DNA from: Candidatus Eiseniibacteriota bacterium
GTDB taxonomy: Bacteria > Eisenbacteria > RBG-16-71-46 > CAIMUX01 > VGJL01
Reading direction: 5' to 3'
Assembly: GCA_963792585.1 (NCBI GenBank)
Contig: CAWBWI010000003.1
Coordinates: 1,184,001 to 1,248,000, forward strand
Length of the DNA stretch: 64,000 nt
Shown here: piece by piece, positions 54,634 through 64,000 of the stretch
Position numbering within the stretch: position 1 is the stretch's first letter
Layout of the letters: every line of letters begins with the position of its first letter
Translations under genes and position numbers: made by a program
Notes under the pieces: model-generated
Told to the model about the DNA's origin: nothing
Database searches by the model: none
The model's input: the letters and a program-made list of their open reading frames with translations, nothing else

Positions 54634-55749
54634 TCAGGAAGTCACATCCGGTCCAGCGTCGGCCCGGCGCATGAGATCGCGGAATGCCTCGGCAATCTCG
54701 GAGGCGGTCAAGTCGAGGGCGGCATCGCCCACGGACAGCTCGAACATGAACTGACCAGGTGCAGCGCTGGCCCGTAGCGGGTGAAACAACCACAGCCCGA
54801 TCTCTCGTGAGATCTCGAGCGCGGCCGTCTCCAGCCTCTCCTTGGAGCCGCTCATGTAGACGTGCATCATGTTGGTCTGCGGGGGATCGGGTGTCACCCG
54901 GATCCCGGGAACGCTCGTCAACGTCGAGGCGATCTCGACGGCCTTGTCACGGTAGGCTTCCATCCGATCCAGTCGTTCGCGCAAGCCGATGCGAGCGGAG
55001 AGCACGTACGGATACAACTGCACGAGGTTTCCGCCATGTCTGCGCTGCCAGATGCGGGCCTCGGAGATGAAGTCCGCCGGACCGGCCAGGGCCGCGCCGG
55101 CGATCCCACCCAGAATCTTGTAGAATGAGACGTACACGGAGTCGAACAGCCCGGCGATCTCGGAATACGGCCGCTGATAGCAGGGTTTGCATTCCCAGAG
55201 GCGGGCACCGTCCAGGTGACAGAAGACTCCTCGCAACCTGGCCCATTCGATCACCGCGGTCAGATCGTCCCATGCGGGTAGGGATCCGCCGATTTCGCGC
55301 TGGGGCAGCTCCAGTAGCAGCGCCGCGAGAGGTTCCGCCACCGCCTCGAGATCGGGCAACCTCATCAGGCCGGCCGGCGGACCCACCAGGACGCCGTGTA
55401 ACCCATGCAGGAGTTGGTAACCCTTCTGCTCGTGGATCTCGAGGTGGCTGGTCGGATGGAAGGCGACATGGGGACTGTGGCGCCGATCGGACCAGATACG
55501 CAGCGCGATCTGCTGGGCCATGGTTCCGCTTGGCATGAAGACGGCTGACTCCATACCCAGAATCTGGGCAATCTCGGTTTCGAAGTCCGTGATGAGGGCA
55601 CCCCGGCCATACACATCGGCGGCCACATCCGCGCCCACGGATGCGACCACGCTCGCCAGCATGGGATGCGGCATCATTCGATCCCGATGGTGGCCGCCAA
55701 GCCAGCGCGTGCAAGCACGAGCGATGCGTTCGACTTCGCTCTTGTCCAT
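54634..55749 (-). CDS. Low-specificity L-threonine aldolase family (PLP)
   Basis: FMPSGTMAQ, HLDGARLWE, VSFYKILGG, QTNM. Confidence 0.88.
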   Translation of the reverse strand: MDKSEVERIARACTRWLGGHHRDRMMPHPMLASVVASVGADVAADVYGRGALITDFETEIAQILGMESAVFMPSGTMAQQIALRIWSDRRHSPHVAFHPTSHLEIHEQKGYQLLHGLHGVLVGPPAGLMRLPDLEAVAEPLAALLLELPQREIGGSLPAWDDLTAVIEWARLRGVFCHLDGARLWECKPCYQRPYSEIAGLFDSVYVSFYKILGGIAGAALAGPADFISEARIWQRRHGGNLVQLYPYVLSARIGLRERLDRMEAYRDKAVEIASTLTSVPGIRVTPDPPQTNMMHVYMSGSKERLETAALEISREIGLWLFHPLRASAAPGQFMFELSVGDAALDLTASEIAEAFRDLMRRADAGPDVTS

Positions 55750-56161
55750 GATGAAACGCTCCTCTTATGAAACTGTCTCCACTCTGAACCGATGATTCTC
55801 CCGCCACTCGCGGGCCGATGGCAAGGAGTTGCTGGAAGGTGGATCGGTCCTGACCTGGATGCTGCGCTCCAGGCCTCGCTAGGGCCGGCTTGGAAATGGC
55901 CAAGACCAAGTTGACCGGCCAATTCCAGACGGATTCTATCCTCCGGCGCATTGGACACCGCCTGAGCTCTTCCGGAGATGCAGCTTGCTGGAATCCCACG
56001 ATCGATGCCGAAGGTCATCTCCTCCCCGCGTACCGACCTTCGTCATTTGCGGAACAGCTCGGGGGCGCTATACTTGTCCTGCCTGAACGTCCCACTGGAA
56101 TCCCGCCACGGGACGAAGGCGAGCTCCTCCACCAGAAGTGAAGCAACGACGGGAGGTTTCG

Positions 56162-57370
56162 ATGCGTCATCTATTCTGGATGATCTTCCTGATCGTGCTC
56201 GGAATGTCTGCCAGCGCGGCCCGCGCGAGCCCGGACGGCATCGAGGCGAAGCCATGGCACGTCTACCTCGGCGATGCTCGCAGCACATACCCCGAGCAGG
56301 AGCCGAACGACACGTGCGGGCAGGCGCAAGCGACGGCCATCGGCGACGTCGTCAGGCCCGCGTTTCTCCAGGCCGGCGAGCAGGACTGGTACGCCTGGAC
56401 CATGTTCGCGGGTGACCTGCTCATCTGTGGCACGGACATCGTGAACGAGGGCGACAATACGGACACGTACATCGAGTTGTACGCCCAAGACTGCGTCATG
56501 CTCCTCGCCTTCAACGATGACGGCGGTCCCGGCTACTACTCGCGGATCGAAAGCTACGGTGTTCCCTATACGGGCGTCTACTACTTGAAGGTCCGGGGGT
56601 ACAGCGGCTCCACGACGGGGCCCTACACTTTCTACGTCAATCAGGATATAGGCGGTCTGCCCATCGAGAACGACCTCTGCTCGGGCGCCATCGAGATCAT
56701 GCGTTGCACGTCGGGATCGTTGCAGGGTGACACCTCCAACGCGAACGACGACTACGATCCGGGCGTCCCCGGTCCGAGCTGCACGGGCTATGCTGCTTCC
56801 GGTCGCGATGTGGTCTACTCCATCAACGCAATGGCAGGCGATGTCCTCGATCTCACCTACCGGCAGTTGAACACCGACACGTCCTTCTACATCGTGACCG
56901 ACTGCTCGAACGTCTCGGGCAGCTGCGTCGCGGGTGCGGACGAGACGGTGCCTCCCGATCCCGAGGTGATTCACTACACGGTTCCGACGAGCGGGGTCTA
57001 CTACATCATCCTGGACTCGTACAGCCACGCGTCCGGTGGTCCCTGGACCTTCGATTACAGCATCCCTGGTTGCATACCGGAGGCCTGCTGCTTCGCCGAC
57101 GGACGTTGCGAGTTGTCCATGCCCTCGGATTGCCGCCAAATGGGGGGCAACCCACAAGGGAGCGGGACGACCTGTGACCCGAATCCGTGTACGGTGCTGG
57201 GAGGCGCGTGCTGCTACGTGGATGGCCACTGCGAGTTCGGAAGCGAGACGGATTGTGGGGAGAATGGCGTGTTCCAGGGAGAGGGCACGACGTGTGACCC
57301 GAATCCCTGCATGCCGACTCCGAGCAGGAACGCGACTTGGGGGCAGATCAAGGGCAGCTACCACCGCTGA
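56162..57370 (+). CDS. Secreted PPC-domain protein with Cys-rich ACC repeats and TWGQIK tail
   Basis: Signal peptide; EQEPND, NDDGG, GVYYLKV; two ACC..DG.C...GTTCDPNPC repeats. Confidence 0.82.
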   Translation: MRHLFWMIFLIVLGMSASAARASPDGIEAKPWHVYLGDARSTYPEQEPNDTCGQAQATAIGDVVRPAFLQAGEQDWYAWTMFAGDLLICGTDIVNEGDNTDTYIELYAQDCVMLLAFNDDGGPGYYSRIESYGVPYTGVYYLKVRGYSGSTTGPYTFYVNQDIGGLPIENDLCSGAIEIMRCTSGSLQGDTSNANDDYDPGVPGPSCTGYAASGRDVVYSINAMAGDVLDLTYRQLNTDTSFYIVTDCSNVSGSCVAGADETVPPDPEVIHYTVPTSGVYYIILDSYSHASGGPWTFDYSIPGCIPEACCFADGRCELSMPSDCRQMGGNPQGSGTTCDPNPCTVLGGACCYVDGHCEFGSETDCGENGVFQGEGTTCDPNPCMPTPSRNATWGQIKGSYHR

Positions 57371-57728
57371 GGGGAGTTGCCCATGGAAGCCCGCAGTGGC
57401 GCTGCGGACTTCAGGTGGCGCAAGAGAGAGTTTGGTGGCGATGAAGCGCTCCCGCCGCTGAGGTCGGGGCGCTTCCTCGCTACCCGAGGCCATCCTTCGA
57501 GCATCTGTTCCTATACCGAATCTCGCAGTGCCCGTCGGCGAAGCAGCGCCCACCCGCCGGCCAGCGGGAGCCCAGCCTGCGGCTGAGCCTGGATGCCCGG
57601 TGGGCGCGGCTGCCCCGAACCCCTGGGTTGCCGGCCTCGATCCATCCGACCCCATTCTCCACGCGAGTTTCGTCCGTTGACGGACGGGCCATGGCCCGCC
57701 AATGTGACAGACCTAGGAGGAGACCCTC

Positions 57729-58748
57729 ATGAGCAAGGCGAAGCCGAAGACCAAGAGCACGTCGGGCGCAAGCAAGTCACGCAAGTCGGCCGCCAAGTCC
57801 AAGTCCCCGCGCATCGAAGGAGCGGTCCGCGCGGGTGGGACGAGCCATGAGCGAGCGGCCGGGGAGGCCGCCTCCCGGCTCATCGACCAGCGGATCCGCG
57901 ACCTAGGGGGATGGCGTGGGGAGACCCTGGCCCGCATGCGGACGTTGATTCTGGCAGCGGACCCCGAGATGACAGAGGAGTGGAAGTGGATGGGCACTCC
58001 GGTCTGGTCGCACCACGGGAATGTCTGCACCGGGGAGACATACACGAAGGTCGTGAAGCTCACGTTCGCCCGGGGAGCCAGGATCCCGGACCCATCGCGC
58101 CTCTTCAATTCCAGCTTGGAGGGCAACACGCGAAGGGCGATCGACATCCACGAAGGGGAGGAGGTCGACGCGGGCGCGTTCAAAGCGCTCGTGAAGGCCG
58201 CGGTGGCCCTGAATGGCCTGCCGGCGAAGACAGGCGCGAAGGCCGAATCGGCCGCGTGGGAGGCCAAGCCGGCTGCGAGAGCGGCCAAACAAGGTGCGAG
58301 CGCGGCCAAGCCGGTCAAGGTGCGAAACGGCGAGAATGTCGTCCTTCTCTCGGGTGGCAACCCGCGCATCTCGAAGGCGGACGGCGACGCTCCGGTGCGG
58401 GCATACATCGCCGCGATGCCTGGCTGGAAATGCGATATTGGGAAGCGTCTCGATGTGCTCATCGTGCGGAGCGTGCCCAACGTGCGCAAGGCCGTGAAGT
58501 GGAACTCTCCGTTCTACGGCATCGAGGGCCAGGGTTGGTTCCTTTCGTTCCACGTCTTCACGCGCTACGTCAAGGTGGCCTTCTTCCGCGGCAGCTCGCT
58601 GCGACCGGTCCCTCCCGGCGCCAGCAAGGACAAGGAGACACGTTACATCGACATCCACGAGGGTGACGGACTCGACGAGGCACAGATGACGACCTGGGTG
58701 AAGCAGGCAGCCGCGTTGCCCGGCTGGTCTCCAGGCCGACCGTCCTGA
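57729..58748 (+). CDS. Tandem DUF1801 (YdhG-like) domain protein
   Basis: EEWKWMGTPVW...KLTFARGA and KAVKWNSPFYG...VKVAFFRG units; AGGAGG SD. Confidence 0.82.
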   Translation: MSKAKPKTKSTSGASKSRKSAAKSKSPRIEGAVRAGGTSHERAAGEAASRLIDQRIRDLGGWRGETLARMRTLILAADPEMTEEWKWMGTPVWSHHGNVCTGETYTKVVKLTFARGARIPDPSRLFNSSLEGNTRRAIDIHEGEEVDAGAFKALVKAAVALNGLPAKTGAKAESAAWEAKPAARAAKQGASAAKPVKVRNGENVVLLSGGNPRISKADGDAPVRAYIAAMPGWKCDIGKRLDVLIVRSVPNVRKAVKWNSPFYGIEGQGWFLSFHVFTRYVKVAFFRGSSLRPVPPGASKDKETRYIDIHEGDGLDEAQMTTWVKQAAALPGWSPGRPS

Positions 58749-58802
58749 GGATCTGGATTCGCCCTAGCGCCCACGAGACGCGCGCCAGCGAAGTTCCGCG
58801 GC

Positions 58803-61446
58803 CTAGCGGACCGTGAGCACCCCCCGCAGCCGGATGTCCTTCGACGAAGAACCGATCGTGATGCGGAACGCGCCGGGATCGATCACGGACCGCAACTGCC
58901 GGTCCAGCATCGATAGCTGTTCCGGTCCGAGTCGAAAGCTCACATCGCGCCTCTCTCCCGCGTGGAGACGAACCCGCTGGAAGCCCTGCAGGCTCGTGAC
59001 GGGCCGCGCCACCGACGCCAGCTCGTCGTGCACGTACATCTGAACGACCTCGTCCCCCTCGCGCGAGCCGGAGTTCGTCAGGGTGAAGGTCGCCACGGCC
59101 GTCTCCCCGGATCGTATCGTCGCCGGCTCGATGCGTAGATCGCCATACTCGAAGGTCGTATAGCCGAGCCCGTATCCGAAGGGGAACAGGGGCTGCCCGG
59201 TCAGGTCCATGTAATCGTCGCCCCGGCCGGTCGGCTTATGGTTGTAGACGAGGGGGAGCTGTCCTTTGGCGACCGGGAAGGTGATCGGCAGGCGTCCGCC
59301 CGGACTGGAATCGCCGAAGAGGACATCCGCCACGGCGCGCCCTCCTTCCTCCCCCGGATACCAGACGTCGAGGACGGCGGGGACCCGATCCAGCCACGGC
59401 GCCATCGTGATCGCGCTCCCGCCGACCAGGACGACTACGGTCGGCTTGCCGAGCGCGGCGATGCGCGCGATCAGCTCCTCTTGGCGTCCCGGGAGGGCGA
59501 GGGACGCTCGGTCGCGGAACTCCCCTTCTTCGATCCCGACCGCCACGACGACGGCTTCGCACGTAGCTGCGGCGTCGACGGCTTCATCGAGTGCGGCCTC
59601 GTCGTCCGAAGGTACGCCGATGTCCCAGACGAGCCGAATCCGCGCGTTCCCGGTCGGCGCGCGAAACTCGAGCCGCATCGGGATAGCGCGTCCCGCCGCG
59701 AAGGGGAACTCGATCGTCACGCGGCGATGGCTCGCCGGAATCCAGTTGTCGATGACGAGGCGATCGTCCAGATAGAGGCGATAGCCGTCGTTCCCCTCGA
59801 CGCCGAGCCGGTGCGGGCCCGATCCCGGCGCGCGCAGCGCGCCTGTCCAGCGGACGGAGTAGAAGTCGTACGGAAGCTGTGCCGGATCGGGGGAGAAGAG
59901 GGTCCACTGGAAATCGACAGTGGGATCGACCCGCGTGAAGACGGGGGTGCCGCCCAAGGACGCGTTGTCGTAGTAGTCGCCCCGGAGCCCGGGCGCGAGC
60001 GCTTCGGAAGGGACCGCCACATACTCCGGCGACAGCCTCCGGCATCCCCGCGCGTGGCGCACCGCGACCTTTGGGCCGAGCCGTTCCCGGATCCCCTGAA
60101 GAATGCTGCAAGACCGCGTCGTCGGCGCGCTGTAGCCGCCGAGGCGGACCTCGTCCGCGTCCGGCCCCACCACGGCGACCGACATCAGGGATGCCCTCAG
60201 CGGTAGCGCGCCCCCATCGTTCTTCAGGAGAACGATCGACTCCCGCGCGGCGCGGCGGGCAAGCGCGCGATGCGCCTCGTCGTCCCCGCGTCGACCCGGC
60301 GCCCTCTCAACGTACGGCCTCTCGAACAGCCCCAGCTCGAACTTCGCGCGCAGGACGCGGGCGACGGCGTCGTCGATCCGGGCGCTGGCGATCCGTCCCT
60401 CCCGGAAAGCCGGAGCGAAGAGCTCGTAATGGTCGAACGATGTCTGGAAGATCACGTCGAGTCCCGCCTCGATCGCTTTTGCCCCCGCGTCTGCGTAGTC
60501 GGAGGCGGTGAGGTGAAGGACGTTCGCGCCGCCGACCCCGCCGGCGTCGGAGACGACGAAGCCGCTGAAACCCATCTCCCGTTTCAGCAGTCGCTCGTTC
60601 AGCCAGGAGTTCGCCGAGCAGGGGGAGCCGTCGACCGAGTTGTACGCGGCCATGATCGAGCGCGCACCTCCGCGGCCGATGCAGGCCGCGAAGGGGGGAA
60701 TGTGCACCTCGCGCAGCGCGCGTTCGTCGAGGTCGATGGGGTAGCTGTCACGCCCGCCGTCGCCGACGTTCGCGATCCAGTGCTTGGGGGTCGTGATGAT
60801 CCCCATCCGTTCGAACGCGCGGACAAAGGCGACCCCAATCTCGGAGGCGAGCAACGGATCCTCCCCGTAGGTCTCCTCGACTCGTCCCCAGCGGACGTCG
60901 GAGGCGATGTTGACGACCGGCGACAGGACCTGCCGGACCCCGCGCGCGCGGCACTCCACTGCGGTCGCGTGCGCGACCTCGCCCACCAACGTCGTGTCGA
61001 ACGTGGCGGCGAGGCCGATCGCCTGCGGGAAGACTGTCGCCCCCTTCTGGACGAGTCCGTGGAGCGCTTCGCCGAAGAAGATGACCGGAATCCCGAGGCG
61101 GGTGTTCCTCGACGAAATGGCGCTGGATCGCGTTCATTCGCCGGATGACATCGACGCCGCTGTCGGGATCGGCCGGGACCTGGAGGCCGAAGAGACCGTC
61201 GTGAAAGCGGGTCTCGTCCCCGGAGAACTCCCCGGCGAGCATGAAAAGCTGCCAGGACTTTTCGTCGGGGGTCATGCGGGAGAGGAGGTCCGTGACGCGC
61301 GCATCGACCGGGGCCGCGGGATCGCGGTAGACGGGATCGCGGGAGGTAGGATCGCGATCGGGCCGCGCCGAGGCGGGGGCGCAGAAGAGCGATAGCGCGA
61401 GGACGAGGACTGCCTGCCCGAGTGCGCGTGAGGGATGTTCGTTCAT
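58803..61446 (-). CDS. GH3 beta-glucosidase/xylosidase with PA14 and Fn3-like domains (apparent frameshift near 61100)
   Basis: RWGRVEETYGEDP, KHW, GFVVSD, ESIVLLKN, PLFPFGYGL; signal peptide in upstream frame. Confidence 0.9.
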
Positions 61447-61460
61447 GGCGTGAACAACGC

Positions 61461-63978
61461 TCACCGCACGCCGTCCCACGGCTCGAACGAGTAGCGGATC
61501 TCGAAGCTCTCGCCCGGCGCCAACGTGACCCGCTCGGTCTCGAGCTCGAGATTGACCTGCCGATAGCTCTGCGCCCACCAGGTGCGGAGCTTCCCGATCC
61601 CATCGGGGGAGTAGCGCATCACGAGGCCGTAGTTCCGCGCGTGGTTGTAGAAGGCCATCGCGCCGCCCGGGAGCCCTTCCCGCAGCAGGCCGGCGTCGGG
61701 ACCCTGATCGGCTTGCATCTCGCGATTGAACGCCCGCCAAGCCCCGGCGACGCGCACGTACGCCGAGAGCTCGCGAAAATCGCGCGTGTCGGTCCCGGCG
61801 TTCCACTCGGGGTGGACGACGAGCTTGCCAGTCCCTCGGTGTGTCCCCGCGGTTCTCGATCCGCGTGACGCAGCGGACGACGTCGCCCTCCAGGGTGATC
61901 TCGCGGAGATGGACCGAGCCGTCCGGATCCGCCTTCCGCAGCCGGAGACCGCCCGGCATCCGCTCGGCCTCGAACGCCGCGGGCGGGTTTTCGTTGAACA
62001 GGATCGATTCCCACTCCTCGAAGGTTCCGATCTTCAGGTTGGTGTCGATACGCGCGCAGGTAGTTCGGTCCGTCCGGCTTGTGCGTCATCTCGACCAACC
62101 GGCCGTTCTCGCGGGGGAGGAAGACGAGCCGCCACGTGTCGTTCTCGAGGACCTCCGCCAGCCGCCCCTCCGCCGCCTCGCGCCGCAGGCGCTCGCGATA
62201 GACGTCCATCGACGTGTTCTCGTCCGGCGCGGTCAGGCCGCGAGCGTCCGCCAATCCCAGGTATTCGGTAACGACGTTCTCGTGCGGATGCGGATAGACC
62301 CGCCGGACGCTCCCGTCGACATAGACGAGCGGCGCGCCCGCCTCGATCATGCGCGCGATACGCCGTGAGCGAGGCCTTCTCCACGCGCGCGACGTAGTCG
62401 GGACCCTGCCGCTCCGCGATCGCGCGCGCCCGCGCGAACCGCTCCATCATCTCCCGCGCAAATGAGGCGTCCAGGCCCAGCTCCTCAGGGGTCGCGAAGC
62501 AGGCGGGATGGATTCCGAGCATGCCGGCCCGGTCGTGCAGACGGACCAGGTAGGCGAGGATCTCGTCCCCCGCGGCGCCGTAGTGCAGGCGGCAGAATTC
62601 CTCGACCAGCGACCATCCGTCGAGATACGGATTCCAAAGAGGCGGGCGATGACGTAGTTGCGCAGGTCGCTCATGTCGCCGCCGGTGCTCCCTCCGTGCG
62701 ACTGCGCGAAGACGCCCTTCACGCCGAGGTCGGCGAAGAGGCGGAGGTTCGGTCCGATGCTCCGGAAGTTCGGAAAGGGGAGATCGTAGTAGCGAAAGTC
62801 GGTGAAGTAGCTCCAGACGATAGACCTGATCGGCGATCCCGCACCACGCCGTGAGATCCGCGAGGAAGTCGGCGTTCTTCGGGCACGCCGGGGCCGCGAG
62901 CGAGTGCAGGGCGCAGCACTCGATGTTCGCGAGCTGGATCTGCACGTTCGTTCCCGGCCGGAGATGGGCGGGGGGCTTGCGCGTGTGCCAGTAGGAGAGG
63001 GTCCCGACCTGCTTCCCCGGATAGCGCGCGGCGACGCTCTCGGCGACGGCGTTCACGAAGGCGAGCTGCGACCCCATCGGGGATCTCTCCGCGTCGTTGA
63101 TGGCCTGACAGGCGGGGCAGCGGCAGTAGTGGTCGTTGTCGGTCTGGGAGACGCTTACGTTCTTGCGCTCCGGGTGCGCTGCGATCGTGTCCAGGACCGC
63201 CGCGGTGACAATCTCGAGGACGTCCGGATTCGACAGGCAGGGCTGCGGCCCGCCGCCGAAAGTCGTGTAGGCGCCGCTCGCCCTCGAACGAGGGCGAAGT
63301 ACTCGGGATGCTCCGCGCCGTACCTTGCGACCGGAAGCTGCTCGCCGAAGCTGTGGCTGATCAGTCGCTGTGCGCTGATCCCTCCCAGGCTCTCCGCCTC
63401 GGGGACGGTGTTGACGCGCAGTCGCGCGGCGAATGCCGGGTGCCGGTTCGTCTCGCCGAGATACGGCCAGCGGAATTCGAACGGGGGCGTGAACGCGTAT
63501 GTCTCGCGCGGGAGAGCCCGCGCGCCGGCATCCGGGGGAAAGTAGGTGTGATCATGCGGTCAGGAACCGCGCACCCAAGTACCTCTCGGCGAACTCGTAG
63601 ACGCCGTAGAGGACGCCGCGACGGCGATCCCCCTTCGATCTCGATGCGCCGCGGGTCGAGACGCAGGCAGAGTCCTTCCTCAGGGAGCGAGGGATTGACG
63701 ACGAGCCGGATCACGCGCGTCGCGGTTGAGTCGGCACCCGTCTCGATCGGCAGGTCAACGGTCGCGGACCCGCGCAAGAAGCCGGCAAGCTCCCGCGCGG
63801 CATAGGCGACCGCCGGGGGCGGCTGCTCGGAGGTCACGATGCGCCATCCCGCGAGGTCCGAGACCTGGAGCGGCTCTTCCCGCGGGCGGACCCGCCCCAG
63901 CCGGAACGCCCACGCGAAGTCGCACGGTGGATGCGCGGCCAGGGACTTCGGAATCTCGATCTTGACGCCGCGTCCCAT
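61461..63978 (-). CDS. DUF4838-like putative carbohydrate-active protein (multiple apparent frameshifts; start approximate)
   Basis: YAARELAGFL, QPCLSNPDV, SVSQTD...CRCPAC, FVNAVA, LRNYVIARL, EEFCRLHYGAAG across frames. Confidence 0.7.
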
Positions 63979-64000
63979 CGTCTCCCACCGGAGCGGACGC

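Noticed and set aside
55750..56130. Possible gene relic in this spacer (also 42900-43090 and 48670-49060)
   Set aside because: No recognisable family motif in any frame; would need BLASTX
58060..58080. CGGGGAGCCA matching the tRNA-Asn end
   Set aside because: Lies in conserved DUF1801 coding sequence (FARGAR); chance match

Overview
High-GC bacterial chromosomal DNA. The secreted-protein C-termini (FlgD-Ig domains, a TWGxIKxxY tail) suggest an FCB-related candidate lineage such as Ca. Eisenbacteria, which is an inference. Bases 1-36.5 kb hold the core translation/transcription supercluster on +: PP2C phosphatase, cysS, tRNA-Thr/Tyr/Gly/Thr, tuf, rpmG-secE-nusG-rplKAJL-rpoBC, the str operon with a second tuf, and the S10, spc and alpha operons. 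Many essential genes carry 1-bp frame breaks, almost certainly consensus errors, so their coordinates are reconstructed. From 36.5 to 41.7 kb lie a DigH/YddW-like hydrolase, a methyltransferase, MarR, moaA, prmA and tRNA-Asn. An accessory region follows, with an hsdM relic, degenerate tRNA-Asn 3' copies (att-like), a cupin/TetR pair, a DDE integrase pseudogene, large secreted repeat proteins, threonine aldolase, a tandem DUF1801 protein, a GH3-PA14 glucosidase and a DUF4838-like gene. Best leads: an orphan sigma54 promoter with an IHF site driving a structured minus-strand RNA between moaA and prmA; a 295-nt structured rpsG-fusA spacer; an extra nested SBHM in the RpoC trigger-loop insert; divergent tuf copies; a CTG-start map with infA missing; and an uncharacterised C-terminal sorting-like motif. 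No CRISPR array or rRNA was seen.
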